64,000 nucleotides of DNA from Candidatus Xenobia bacterium (GTDB lineage Bacteria > Vulcanimicrobiota > Xenobia > Xenobiales > QWHO01). The notes below the pieces were generated by a model. That model ran no database searches. It saw only the letters and a list, made by a program, of their open reading frames with translations, and was not told the DNA's origin. Both the position numbers and the translations under genes were made by a program. This document shows positions 1-9,308 of the stretch, one piece after another. Where the stretch lies: assembly GCA_045863235.1 (NCBI GenBank), contig BTUM01000007.1:32001-96000 (forward strand), given 5' to 3'. Within the stretch, counting starts at the first letter, position 1; every line of letters starts with the position of its first letter.

Positions 1-2
1 AA

Positions 3-146
3 GAGGGCCTCCCGGTGGAGCAGGCGCTGACGCGCGTGGTGAAGCAGCACCTGAAGATGGAGGCTGATCCGGGCGGCGCGCTCAAAGAGAGCGAGCGCTC
101 TGTGACCATGGGCGGCGTGCAGCTACGCAAGCGGACGCGGACCTAA
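3..146 (+). CDS. 3' end of a hypothetical protein, truncated by the window edge
   Basis: Open frame EGLPVEQALTRVVKQHLKMEADPGGALKESERSVTMGGVQLRKRTRT* ending TAA at 144-146; GC-rich codon usage; GC hairpin follows. Confidence 0.6.
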   Translation, partial: EGLPVEQALTRVVKQHLKMEADPGGALKESERSVTMGGVQLRKRTRT

Positions 147-207
147 AGGGGCGGCCGGAAAGGCCGTGCCGATCAATACATGGCCGCCTGCACAATGTGC
201 GCTCCCT

Positions 208-702
208 TTAGCGACCCGGAAAACTCCACTTGCTCTTGCGCTTGCGCTCTTGCAGCTTGTCCATGTCGGTGCGCATCTTGTCCGACTCGGCTCGCAGGAA
301 CTCGACCACCTCGGCGTGCACGGCCACCTCGTCGCGCCAGGCCTGGGCCGAGTCCTGGTAGAACTCGCAGTCCTGGGCCAGCTTGTGGTTCTCCTTGCGC
401 AGCTTCTCGATCTGTGCTTTGAGCTGCTGCACTTCCTTGCGGGCCATCTCGCAGCGCAGCATGGCCTCCAGGGCGCGCTGTTGCAGGGCCTCGGAGCGGT
501 CTTTCTCCTTGCGTAGCTCGGCTCGCAGGGCGGGGTCGGCGTTCAGGGCCAGATCCAGCTTGCGCTCGCGCTCGGCCTGGTCGCTCAGGTTCGAGAATAG
601 CTCGCGCTCGAGGCGCATGAGCCGGCGCATCTCCATCGAGCGCGGCTCGGTCTCGTCGGAGAGGGAGACGATTTTTGGCTTTTTGCTGGATTCCCCCGCC
701 AA
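208..702 (-). CDS. Hypothetical coiled-coil protein
   Basis: 164-aa E/K/R/L-rich heptad-like ORF with typical codon bias; TTG start is uncertain. Confidence 0.7.
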   Translation of the reverse strand: MAGESSKKPKIVSLSDETEPRSMEMRRLMRLERELFSNLSDQAERERKLDLALNADPALRAELRKEKDRSEALQQRALEAMLRCEMARKEVQQLKAQIEKLRKENHKLAQDCEFYQDSAQAWRDEVAVHAEVVEFLRAESDKMRTDMDKLQERKRKSKWSFPGR

Positions 703-815
703 AGTCGGGACCTCTTTTCCAGGCGCAGAGTCCCCTCAGGAATAACCCGTTTTCGTCGCGCTGTCAATATCCGGTTAACATCGAGCCGGCCCGGGCCGTC
801 TGACAATGGCACGTC

Positions 816-1493
816 ATGCCCAGGCGCATCCTGATCGCGTTGCTGGTGACCCTCTCTTTGACGGCTGTGGCCCAGGAGACGGGTCTGCAGGGCTTTTTCG
901 CGGGCACCACCCCGGAGGGGGCCATCTTCCTGGCCCAGAGCCATCAGGATCTGTCCGGCTCACTGCTGATCCGGCCCGCCGGCGTGACCGTTCCCACCAA
1001 GGCGGCTAACGCCTACAACAAGTACTGCAGCCAGGTGCTGGGAGGGCGCCTGCTGACGGTGCGCATCTACGGGGCTGCGGGCCCCATCTCGAGCGGCGAG
1101 ATCACCATCGTGGCCGGCGAGAAGCGCATCAATTTCAACAAGCAGCTGCTGGCCGACGGCTACGCAACCCTGAACCGCGACGATCCGCGTTTCTCGGGTT
1201 GGGACAAGTACGAGGCCATGGGCAAGCAGCGCAAAGTGGGGGTGTGGGCGGTCGGCAAGCCGGTCTGGCCGATTCCCAAGCTGCCGACCGGCCAGACCTC
1301 GGGGGGAACCGACCGCGACCGGGTCATCGCTCAGTACGGGCAGCCCAACCACACCAACCGCACCACCGTGCCCGACAACGAGAGCATCACCAGCTATCAC
1401 ACCTACATCACCGACTTCTACTTCCAGCAAGGCCTGGTCTTCATTTACCGAGACGGCAAGCTGGTCAACAAGCAGCCGTACCGGGAGCGCTGA
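816..1493 (+). CDS. Secreted protein with a thermonuclease (SNase)-like region
   Basis: Signal peptide; FNKQLLADGYA...EAMGKQRKVGVW resembles the SNase C-terminal signature; catalytic residues not evident. Confidence 0.6.
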   Translation: MPRRILIALLVTLSLTAVAQETGLQGFFAGTTPEGAIFLAQSHQDLSGSLLIRPAGVTVPTKAANAYNKYCSQVLGGRLLTVRIYGAAGPISSGEITIVAGEKRINFNKQLLADGYATLNRDDPRFSGWDKYEAMGKQRKVGVWAVGKPVWPIPKLPTGQTSGGTDRDRVIAQYGQPNHTNRTTVPDNESITSYHTYITDFYFQQGLVFIYRDGKLVNKQPYRER

Positions 1494-2855
1494 ATGCGAA
1501 AGCTGATCCTGCTCATCTGTCTTGTCTTGGGCCTGGCCGCCACCGCGTGGGCCGACGAGCCCCAGCCCCTCATCGAGGAGGAGGATTGGACCAACGTGCG
1601 TCCGGCCGTCGATCCTTCCCTCAGCGGGCGCCCGCCGGCGCTGACCTGGTGGTGTGGGCCCTATGCCGAAGAGGTGGGCTGGGCCGTGCAGGTGGCCAAT
1701 CGCTGGAACCGGCTGCACCCCGACCAGCCCGTCGAGCTGCGCTCATTGCCGCCTCACCGGCTGGCCGAGGATGTCTTCCGCGAGGCCATCGCGGCCGGGC
1801 ACACGCCTGACCTGACCAACTTCCTGTTCCCCACCAATGCCCACGAGTTCGCCGCTCGGGGAGCGTTGCTGTCGCTCGACTCCATCCCGGGCATGACCGA
1901 GTACCTGGCCCAGCGCTGTGGCCAGGGGGCCGACCGCTCCTTCCGCTCACCCGATGGGCGCCTCTACCAGTTCCCCTGGAAAGGCAACCCGCTGATGATG
2001 CAGTACAACGCGGCCATGTTCCGCCGCTACAACCTGCGTCCCCCGCGCACCTACTCCGAGTTCCTCAAGAGCGCCAAGGTGCTGGCCGCGGCCGGCAAGG
2101 CCGAAGGCCGCCCGCTCTACCTCTGGGCGCCCAACCCCGGGCCCCAGTTCTGGCACCGCTACTACGACTTCTACCCGCTCTACCTGGCCGCCTCGGGCGG
2201 TCAAGGGCTGTTGACGCCCGAGGGCAAAGCTGCCTTCGACAATCCCGCGGGCGTTGCCGTGATGCGCTTTCTGGCCGACCTGTGGCGCGAGGGCCTGGCT
2301 CCCCGCCAGAACCTCTATCCCGACGACCTCGACCAGGTGCGCGCCTTTGCCGATGGGGGACTGGGGATGATGCTGACCGGCCCCTGGAACATCATGCAGG
2401 TGCGCGACCTTGCCGGTGAGGAGTTCCAGTTCGATTTCGCCCAGCTGCCCGTGCCCGATGGCCGCCCTGCCGCCGAGCCCGTCTACAGCTACGGCAACTA
2501 CCGCAACTTCGGCATCTTCTCCAGTTGCAAGAACCAGGCCCTGGCGGCCGAGTTCGTGCGCTTTGCCACCTCCAACGAGAGCGATCTGGGCTTTCTCTAC
2601 TCGGCCCTGCAGTTGCCCGTGCGCAACGACCTGGAGGAGGAGCCGCTCTTCGTGCTGGCCCTGCAGCAGAGCCCGGCCGCCCTGCTCAAGTTCGCCGTGC
2701 AGGGGCGCTGGGAAGAGCCGGTAGGCAACGTTCCCCACTTCAATCGGGTGCTGCAGATCCTCTCCGATGAGCTGGTACTGTGCGCGGTGGAGGGCAAGAA
2801 GACGCCCGAGCAGGCGGTGCACGACGCCGCCCGACGAATCGACGCCGGGGAATAG
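1494..2855 (+). CDS. Extracellular solute-binding protein, sugar ABC transporter family 1
   Basis: Signal peptide; DGRLYQFPW, MQYNAAMF, GMMLTGPWNI and GKKTPEQA motifs typical of SBP_bac_1. Confidence 0.85.
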   Translation: MRKLILLICLVLGLAATAWADEPQPLIEEEDWTNVRPAVDPSLSGRPPALTWWCGPYAEEVGWAVQVANRWNRLHPDQPVELRSLPPHRLAEDVFREAIAAGHTPDLTNFLFPTNAHEFAARGALLSLDSIPGMTEYLAQRCGQGADRSFRSPDGRLYQFPWKGNPLMMQYNAAMFRRYNLRPPRTYSEFLKSAKVLAAAGKAEGRPLYLWAPNPGPQFWHRYYDFYPLYLAASGGQGLLTPEGKAAFDNPAGVAVMRFLADLWREGLAPRQNLYPDDLDQVRAFADGGLGMMLTGPWNIMQVRDLAGEEFQFDFAQLPVPDGRPAAEPVYSYGNYRNFGIFSSCKNQALAAEFVRFATSNESDLGFLYSALQLPVRNDLEEEPLFVLALQQSPAALLKFAVQGRWEEPVGNVPHFNRVLQILSDELVLCAVEGKKTPEQAVHDAARRIDAGE

Positions 2856-2857
2856 GC

Positions 2858-3290
2858 TCAGATCAGCTCGCCGGCCCAGAGCTGGCGGACGAACTCGTCC
2901 AGGGGCAGGAGCTGGACCGGTCCGTGCCGGTCGGTCAGCTCCCGCGGACTCTTCTCCAGGCACACCACCATGCGCCGACCCACCGGAGCGTCGTCGCTCA
3001 AAGCGGACAGCCCCTTCAGGTCGGTCTGGTGGACCCGTCCGCTCTTGACCTCGATGGCCAGCCGGCGATCATCGAGCAGAAAGTCCACCTCAAAGCCTGA
3101 TGCCGTGCGCCAGTAGCGGATCTCAAGCTCCGGGGCGCGGTAGGCCTGATAGGCTCGCAGCTCCACGAAGACCAGTTGCTCGAAGCTCCTGCCGAACTCG
3201 GGAGTGCCCGGGGCCGGTTTTCCGCGGCCCCCACAGGAAGACCGACTGCCCGGGACGGTCGGGGAGGGTCAGCAGCCTGCTGAGATTCAT
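2858..3290 (-). pseudogene. AAA_14 ATPase / DUF4143 gene with a large internal deletion
   Basis: ATG at 3290 reads MNLSRLLTLPDRPGQSVFLWGPRKTG (Walker A start), joined out of frame near 3210 to PGTPEFGRSFEQLVFVEL...YWRTASGFEVDFLL...AIEVKSG (DUF4143 C-terminus). Confidence 0.8.
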
Positions 3291-3353
3291 GCTCTATGGT
3301 TCCGAATATCAGGAAATTTCGACCTTCCACTCCGGATTATCAGCTCCGGGGAG

Positions 3354-3455
3354 CTAGCAGAGTGTCCTCGAAGAGGGCTTTTGCATCATCCTGCGCTCAA
3401 CAGATTGTGGAGCAGGCTGATGCCCTGCACAACCGGTCTTGCATCAGCCTGTTAG
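3354..3455. mobile_element. MITE/REP-like palindromic element, copy 1
   Basis: CTAGCAGAGTG...GCATCAGCCTGTTAG; shares GGCTTTTGCATCATCCTGCGCTCAACAGATTGT with the copy at 21241; right end contains the pgi stop codon. Confidence 0.7.
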
Positions 3456-5014
3456 TGAGGCCGGTTGAAGCGAGCCTGCAGCCCGTCGCCGTCGGCCAGA
3501 ACCCCGAAACGGGCGTTGGCGGCCAGGTGGCGGCAGATGTGGAAGACCGACTCCACCCGGTCGCTGGCCTTCAGCTTCTCGGCCACCTGCTCGGCGGTCT
3601 GGGGCTCAGGGCCGAGCGCGGCCACGATCTTTCCTTGCAGCTCGAGCACCGCGGCGGCGGCCTTCTTGCCGGCCTCCACTCCGGGCTGGTGGTAGGCGTT
3701 GATGTTGACCAGGAAGCCATAAAAGCCCACCGCTCGCTCGTAAAGCGCGATCAGCGCCCCGATGGTGCGCGCTGAGACATCCGGCACGGTGATCAGGATC
3801 GACTCGCGCCCACCCTCGGTCAGGGCTTCGCGGGTGCCCTGCCACATGCCCGAAAGGTAGTCTCCCGTGGTGGCGCCGGGAGAGACCTCGATGGAGTCGC
3901 CCCGGCGGTCGTGCTCGACCACGATGAAGGTGGCGAAAAAGTTGTTCAGACCGTCGCGCAGCTGCTGCACGTAGGCGTGCTGGTCGGTGGAGCCCTTGTT
4001 GCCGTAGACGGCGATGCCCTGGTGCACCACCTGGCCGGAAAGGTCGTCCTTCTTGCCCAGCGACTCCATCACCAGCTGCTGCAGATAGCGCGAGAAGAGG
4101 GCCAGACGGTCCTTGTAAGGCAGGATCACCATGTCCTTGAGGCCTTTGCCGCCGGTGGCCGCGTACCAGGCCAGGGCCAGCAGCCCGGCCGGATTCTGGT
4201 GAGAGGATTCGGCCCGGGTCAGCCGATCCATCGCCGATGCCCCGGCCAGCATGCCCTGGATGTCGATGCCCTGCAGAGCGGCCGGCAAGAGTCCCACGGC
4301 CGAGAGCTCGGAGGTGCGTCCGCCCACCCAGTCCCACATAGGGAAGCGCTCGAGCCAGCCTTCCTTCTCGGCCAGCTGGTCCAGCTTGCTGCCAGCGCCG
4401 GTGACGGCCACCGCCTGTTTGGCGAAATCGAGCCCCGCTTTCTTGCAGGCGTTCTGGGCCTCGATCATGCCGTTGAAGGTCTCCGGCGTTCCGCCTGACT
4501 TGGAGATCACCAGGATCAGCGTGTTCTTGAGCCGCTCGCCCAGCCCGGCCAGCACCCGGTCCATCCCGTCGGGATCGGTGTTGTCAAAAAAGTGCAGAGC
4601 CATCATGTCATTGGGCCCGCCCAGGGCGTCGTGCACGAACATCGGCCCCAGGGCCGAGCCCCCGATGCCGATGGAGAGGACGTCGGTGAAGTGCCGCTCG
4701 CCGTGAATCTTCCGCGCGAAGGCCAGGATGCGCTGCAAGGTGCCCTCGATCTCCTGGCGGATGGCCGGCTCGGGCGCAAGCTCGGGGGCGCGCAGCCAGT
4801 AGTGGCCCACCATGCGATTCTCGTCCGAGTTGGCGATGGCCCCGCCTTCCAGGGCTCGCATGGCGGCGGTGGCTTTGTGCCAGGCCTCCTGCATGCCCTG
4901 CAGCTGCTCCTCGCTCAGGCTGGTGCGGCTGACATCCAGAGACACGTCCAGTCCGGGATCGTGGTAGAAGAACTGGCAAAAGCGCTCCCAACTGGTGCTG
5001 AGCAGAGTGTTCAT
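3452..5014 (-). CDS. pgi: Glucose-6-phosphate isomerase
   Basis: [39 protein letters not shown] and [10 protein letters not shown] motifs. Confidence 0.97.
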   Translation of the reverse strand: MNTLLSTSWERFCQFFYHDPGLDVSLDVSRTSLSEEQLQGMQEAWHKATAAMRALEGGAIANSDENRMVGHYWLRAPELAPEPAIRQEIEGTLQRILAFARKIHGERHFTDVLSIGIGGSALGPMFVHDALGGPNDMMALHFFDNTDPDGMDRVLAGLGERLKNTLILVISKSGGTPETFNGMIEAQNACKKAGLDFAKQAVAVTGAGSKLDQLAEKEGWLERFPMWDWVGGRTSELSAVGLLPAALQGIDIQGMLAGASAMDRLTRAESSHQNPAGLLALAWYAATGGKGLKDMVILPYKDRLALFSRYLQQLVMESLGKKDDLSGQVVHQGIAVYGNKGSTDQHAYVQQLRDGLNNFFATFIVVEHDRRGDSIEVSPGATTGDYLSGMWQGTREALTEGGRESILITVPDVSARTIGALIALYERAVGFYGFLVNINAYHQPGVEAGKKAAAAVLELQGKIVAALGPEPQTAEQVAEKLKASDRVESVFHICRHLAANARFGVLADGDGLQARFNRPH

Positions 5015-5123
5015 GCGGCCCTCCGAGCGGGTGGAATGGCCCCGGCTTCGCTTGCGGCGCGGGATTGACCTTCACTTGCCCCCATTTCGGGCATGTCCTG
5101 GACTGCTCTGAACAGGGGCGAGG

Positions 5124-5163
5124 CTAGCAGAGTGATGCAAAAGTCCTCGCATCAGCCTGCTAG
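5124..5163. mobile_element. MITE/REP-like element, minimal copy 2
   Basis: CTAGCAGAGTGATGCAAAAGTCCTCGCATCAGCCTGCTAG: imperfect inverted repeat bounded by CTAG; right end supplies the TAG stop of the TPR gene. Confidence 0.7.
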
Positions 5164-6797
5164 GTGGGGAGCGCTCCTTCCACTTCGGCCAGGCGATTCT
5201 GCAGTGACTTCTTCTGGTCCGGGCGCTGGGCCAGCTCCAGGGCCTTGCGGTAGGCCTCACGGGCCTGGGGCAGCTGGTTGCGCTTCTGGCGCAGCTCGCC
5301 CAGCGAGCTCCAGGCGGCGCAGTCGCGCGGGCTGCTCGAGACGGCCCGCTCGAGATAGCTCTGGGCGTCCTCCAGGTCGCCGCGATAGGCCAGCAGGTTG
5401 CCCAGGCCGGCCAGCAGCTCGGAGTCGCTCGGGTTGCGCTGCAGCTTCTGACGAAAGTCGCGCATGGCCTCATCGAAGAGAGGGTTGGCATCGGCCTCGC
5501 GACCCTGGCGTGCCAGCAGGTAGCCCAGGGTGGCCCGTACCGCCGGCCCGGCCTCGCCTGCCCGCAGGGCGCGCCGGTACTCGGCCTCGGCGTCATCCAG
5601 CCGACCGAGGCGCACATAGGCCTCGGCCAGGCGGCTGCGGGCCGCCGGCCGGGTCATCTCGCCCAGCAGGCCCGAGTCGGCCCGGCCCACGGCGCGCTCG
5701 AGCCAGCTGACGCAGAGCGTGTCCTCGCCCTGTAGCTCGTAAAAGCCGGCCCAGGCGAGCTGCACCAGGGGATGCTCCGGGTTCTGCTCTTGCAGGCGCT
5801 CGAGCAGGTCGCGGGCGGCTCCGAGCTGGCCCGAGGCCATCTCCAGCTCGAAGCGAGCCAGCATCAAGGAGAGATAGCGGGGGTTCTGGGAGATCTGCCG
5901 CCCGTTGCGCAGCTGCTGAGCGGCCTCCACCATCACCCGGGCCAGTGATTGCTCAAGGCTCTGGTGGGCCTCGGTGTAGCGACCGGCCCGGGTCTGGATC
6001 TCGCCCAGGGTCTGGAGAAAGAGCCCGGCCCAGGGGGGAGCGTGCCCGATCGCGTCGAGCAGGTAGCGCTCGGACTCCTCGACCCCGCGGGTGCGCTCGA
6101 GCAGCCCGGCCACGGCCACCCGGCTGTAGGCTGCCTCCAGCGAGCGAGGATCGCTCAGGATGGAGGCCTCCAGGGCCTGCACGGCCTCGTCGAGCTTGCC
6201 CTGGCGGGTGTGCAGCTGGGCTTTGGAGCGGAGCAGGTGGGCCCGCAGACGGGCCTGAGAGCGGCGAGACATTCCGAACTTGGTGCCGGCCCAGCGTGAA
6301 TCGAGCCGGTCGAGGGCCAGCCGGTACTCTTCCAGGGCTCGCTCCAGGTCGCCGGTCAGCTCGTAGAAGATGGCCCGCTGCTGGGCGTCCACCGGATGGG
6401 GTCGGCGGGGGACGCTCTCGAGCAGAGCCCGGGCCTCGTCGAGCTGGCCTTCCTGGCGCAAAAGGTGGGCTTCCAGGCGGCGCAGTGCGATCAGTCGAGG
6501 CCGCTTGCGGGCCACCGCGCGGGTAAGAGCGAGCATGGCCTGACGCACGCGCTCGGGGGGCAGGGGAGAGACCAGGCGCACGTCCAGGGCGGCCCGGTTC
6601 CAGATGGTGGTGAACTCCAGGCGGCGAGGCACCCAGGTGAGCAAGTGGTGGAAGGCCCGCTCGGCCTCCTCCAGGTGGCCCGAGGCAAGGCTGCGCTCGA
6701 GCCGGGTCAGCCAGTGCAGGCTCAAGAGGTGGAGCGCGGTGAGGGTGACCAGCATCGTGGACAGGAAGATCAGTAGAAAGTTGTAGGCAAGCTCCAC
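5160..6797 (-). CDS. Membrane-anchored tetratricopeptide repeat protein
   Basis: N-terminal hydrophobic helix; many TPR-like units such as AWSSLGELRQKRNQLPQAREAYRKALEL. Confidence 0.85.
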   Translation of the reverse strand: MELAYNFLLIFLSTMLVTLTALHLLSLHWLTRLERSLASGHLEEAERAFHHLLTWVPRRLEFTTIWNRAALDVRLVSPLPPERVRQAMLALTRAVARKRPRLIALRRLEAHLLRQEGQLDEARALLESVPRRPHPVDAQQRAIFYELTGDLERALEEYRLALDRLDSRWAGTKFGMSRRSQARLRAHLLRSKAQLHTRQGKLDEAVQALEASILSDPRSLEAAYSRVAVAGLLERTRGVEESERYLLDAIGHAPPWAGLFLQTLGEIQTRAGRYTEAHQSLEQSLARVMVEAAQQLRNGRQISQNPRYLSLMLARFELEMASGQLGAARDLLERLQEQNPEHPLVQLAWAGFYELQGEDTLCVSWLERAVGRADSGLLGEMTRPAARSRLAEAYVRLGRLDDAEAEYRRALRAGEAGPAVRATLGYLLARQGREADANPLFDEAMRDFRQKLQRNPSDSELLAGLGNLLAYRGDLEDAQSYLERAVSSSPRDCAAWSSLGELRQKRNQLPQAREAYRKALELAQRPDQKKSLQNRLAEVEGALPT

Positions 6798-6852
6798 GGG
6801 AATTAGTTTCGACGCGGGCGCGGCCGGCCCTGTGAAGGCGGGGATCTGGCCG

Positions 6853-6882
6853 TGGACAGCCGGTTGACACTCATGCTATAGT
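6853..6882 (+). promoter_or_regulatory. Probable sigma70-type promoter of the tRNA operon
   Basis: TGGACA at 6853-6858, an 18-nt spacer, then extended -10 TGcTATAGT at 6874-6882, just upstream of tRNA-Gly. Confidence 0.5.
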
Positions 6883-6893
6883 ATCATTCGCCC

Positions 6894-6968
6894 GCGGAAG
6901 TAGCTCAGCGGTAGAGCATCGGCTTCCCAAGCCGAGGGTCGCGAGTTCGAATCTCGTCTTCCGCTCCA
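6894..6968 (+). tRNA. tRNA-Gly (CCC)
   Basis: Acceptor stem GCGGAAG/CTTCCGC, anticodon loop TTCCCAA, T-loop TTCGAAT, encoded CCA. Confidence 0.97.
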
Positions 6969-6975
6969 CACATCC

Positions 6976-7049
6976 GGCGATGTGGCCGAGGGGTTAGGCA
7001 GCGGTCTGCAAAACCGCGCACCGCAGTTCGACTCTGCGCGTCGCCTCCA
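6976..7049 (+). tRNA. tRNA-Cys (GCA)
   Basis: Acceptor stem GGCGATG/CGTCGCC, anticodon loop CTGCAAA, U discriminator, CCA end. Confidence 0.95.
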
Positions 7050-7056
7050 TACACAC

Positions 7057-7133
<77 letters not shown>

Positions 7134-7136
7134 TTC

Positions 7137-7167
7137 GAGGCCTGCCATCGTGCAGGCCTCTGTCTTT
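7137..7167 (+). terminator. Rho-independent terminator after the tRNA operon
   Basis: Perfect 9-bp stem GAGGCCTGC/GCAGGCCTC followed by TGTCTTT. Confidence 0.7.
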
Positions 7168-7205
7168 GCCCTGGACTTGAGAGGGATTCAAGGACGCTGG
7201 TCCGA

Positions 7206-8426
7206 ATGCACCTGGGCATGCTGACTCTGTTTAGCCTGTCTCCTCTGGCCGACGAGTTGGAGCGTTTCGACGAATTCGGGGGCCCGACCCGGGTCGAGCA
7301 GGCGAGCGGGGTCACGGTCTTTACCAACGAGTTCTGGACCTCGCGCCAGCGGGCCGCCTCGAGCCTCCACGAGATTTCTTACCGGGCCTGTTTCAAACCC
7401 CAGCTGCCGCGTTTTTTCATCCAGCGCCTGACGCGCCCGGGCGATACCGTCTACGACCCCTTCATGGGCCGCGGCACCACGGTGCTGGAGGCGGCCCTGA
7501 TGGGTCGCGCGCCGGTGGGTTGTGATGTCAATCCACTCAGCGCTCTGCTGGTCCGGCCCCGGCTCGGGCCGCCCACTGTAGAGCAGGTCGCCGAGCGATT
7601 GAGGGCCATCGAGCTCAAGGAGTGTGCAGCTCCTGAAGAGCTGCTGGTCTTCTACCACCCCCAGACCCTGGCCGAGATTGCCTCGCTGCGCGGGTATTTT
7701 CTCGAGCGCGAGGCGGCCGGCGCGCTGGACGCGGTGGATGAATGGATCCGCATGGTGGCGGTCAATCGCCTGACCGGTCACTCGCCGGGATTTTTCTCGG
7801 TCTATACCATGCCGCCCAATCAGGCCGTCTCGGTGCAGGCCCAGCGCCGCATCAACGAACGGCGCAACCAGTCGCCCCCTCGTCGGGTGGTCCGGGAGAT
7901 CATCTTGAAGAAGACGCAATCCCTGCTGGCTGACTGCACGGATGAGGTACGCTCGCAGCTGCGCAGGGCAACTCCCCGGCTCTACACGGGCGAATGCTTC
8001 CGGGTGAAGGCCATGGCATCCGCCTCGGTGGACCTGGTGGTCACCTCGCCACCCTTCCTGGACGTGGTCGACTACCAGGGTGACAACTGGCTGCGTTGCT
8101 GGTTCTGCGGCATCGAGCCGAGCCAGGTCAAGGTGACGATACTGCGCCGGCTCGACGAGTGGGAGGCGGCCATGACAAAGGTCTTCCGCGAGCTGTTCCG
8201 GGTCGTGCGCCCGGGCGGCCACGTGGCCTTCGAGGTGGGGGAGGTGCGGGGCGGAAGGCTGGCCCTGGAGAGCAGTGTCGTCTCCTGTGGACTTTCGGCC
8301 GGGCTGGACCCTGAGCTGATCATGATCAACGCTCAGGAGTTCACCAAGACAGCCAACTGCTGGGGGGTGGCCAACGGCAGCAAGGGCACCAATACCAATC
8401 GGATCGTCTTGTTTCGGCGCTCGTGA
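7206..8426 (+). CDS. Orphan site-specific DNA amino-methyltransferase, probably N4-cytosine
   Basis: SAM-binding DPFMGRGTT precedes catalytic VTSPPF; no adjacent restriction endonuclease. Confidence 0.85.
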   Translation: MHLGMLTLFSLSPLADELERFDEFGGPTRVEQASGVTVFTNEFWTSRQRAASSLHEISYRACFKPQLPRFFIQRLTRPGDTVYDPFMGRGTTVLEAALMGRAPVGCDVNPLSALLVRPRLGPPTVEQVAERLRAIELKECAAPEELLVFYHPQTLAEIASLRGYFLEREAAGALDAVDEWIRMVAVNRLTGHSPGFFSVYTMPPNQAVSVQAQRRINERRNQSPPRRVVREIILKKTQSLLADCTDEVRSQLRRATPRLYTGECFRVKAMASASVDLVVTSPPFLDVVDYQGDNWLRCWFCGIEPSQVKVTILRRLDEWEAAMTKVFRELFRVVRPGGHVAFEVGEVRGGRLALESSVVSCGLSAGLDPELIMINAQEFTKTANCWGVANGSKGTNTNRIVLFRRS

Positions 8427-8533
8427 AGGCGGTCGGGATCCGCACCGAGGTTCTCAAGATCAAGCTCTAACCTGAAAATGGCCCAACGGCACTTCGCTGC
8501 CGCTGATCAGACCTCGGTCTGGGAAGACTCGCT

Positions 8534-8950
8534 TCAGGTCCAGGGGTCTATCAGTCTGATCCCACATCCGTGAAAGTCTCGGACGTTGCGGGTCGCGAGC
8601 GAGGCTCCCGCTGAGCGTGTTACGGCGGCGATTTGCGCGTCGAATTGCGAGATCGGCTGACCAGCGCGGCTCCGTTCGGCCGCGATCAAAGCATACAGGG
8701 GAGCTGCCTCGGTGCCGAACGAGAGAATCCGGCCGGCGAAGTCTTCGCGAAACATCGCGCCCGCAGCCTCGGTGAGCGCGGTGCGGCGGCGACCGGATGG
8801 AAGCAAGGCCAGGCCGTGCAGGATCTCGGCCTGGGTGATGCTGGTCAGAAAGAGGCTCGAGGGAGGCTGCTCGGCCATCCAACGCAGCACTGCTTGCTCG
8901 GGACGCTCGCGCATCAACTCGGAGAGGACGTTCGTATCCAGGACGATCAT
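8534..8950 (-). CDS. vapC: Type II toxin, VapC/FitB PIN-domain RNase
   Basis: MIVLDTNVLSEL..., FDAQIAA and LATRNVRDF; true start is the ATG at 8950, overlapping the antitoxin stop. Confidence 0.93.
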   Translation of the reverse strand: MIVLDTNVLSELMRERPEQAVLRWMAEQPPSSLFLTSITQAEILHGLALLPSGRRRTALTEAAGAMFREDFAGRILSFGTEAAPLYALIAAERSRAGQPISQFDAQIAAVTRSAGASLATRNVRDFHGCGIRLIDPWT

Positions 8951-9186
8951 TGCCCGGGGGGGGTTCGAATCGGCTCGCGGGGGGGCAGCTCCAAATCCAC
9001 CCCACCCAGCTCCTCGAACCTTTTCCGAATCGCATCGGCCAGATCGGGAACGGGCGACTCCTGCGCCAGCACGGCACACAGGATGTTACGGGCTTCCTCC
9101 TCCATGGAGCAATTCCGCTGGGCGGCCCTTATCTTGAGCCGGCGCTTGGTTTGTTCATCCAGGTTTCTAATGGTGATGCTGGCCAC
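8947..9186 (-). CDS. FitA-like ribbon-helix-helix antitoxin
   Basis: (M)ASITIRNLDEQTKRRLKIRAAQRNCSMEEEARNIL; GTG start at 9186 after AGGAGAG. Confidence 0.9.
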   Translation of the reverse strand: MASITIRNLDEQTKRRLKIRAAQRNCSMEEEARNILCAVLAQESPVPDLADAIRKRFEELGGVDLELPPREPIRTPPGQ

Positions 9187-9308
9187 CGTACTCTCCTGTG
9201 CAATCAATGATTTCATTTTATGCATTGCTGGTGGCCGGGTCAAGCTCATCGAATCTCATTGTCCGGAGCTCGCGGCCGCGCCACGCCGGGCCGGCCTTCC
9301 AGGCGAAC

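Noticed and set aside
6864..6869. Perfect TTGACA as the -35 of the tRNA promoter
   Set aside because: Spacing to the candidate -10 boxes is only 7 or 12 nt.
8534..9079. 181-aa VapC with a long N-terminus
   Set aside because: The extension overlaps the antitoxin; the PIN domain starts at MIVLDTN (8950).
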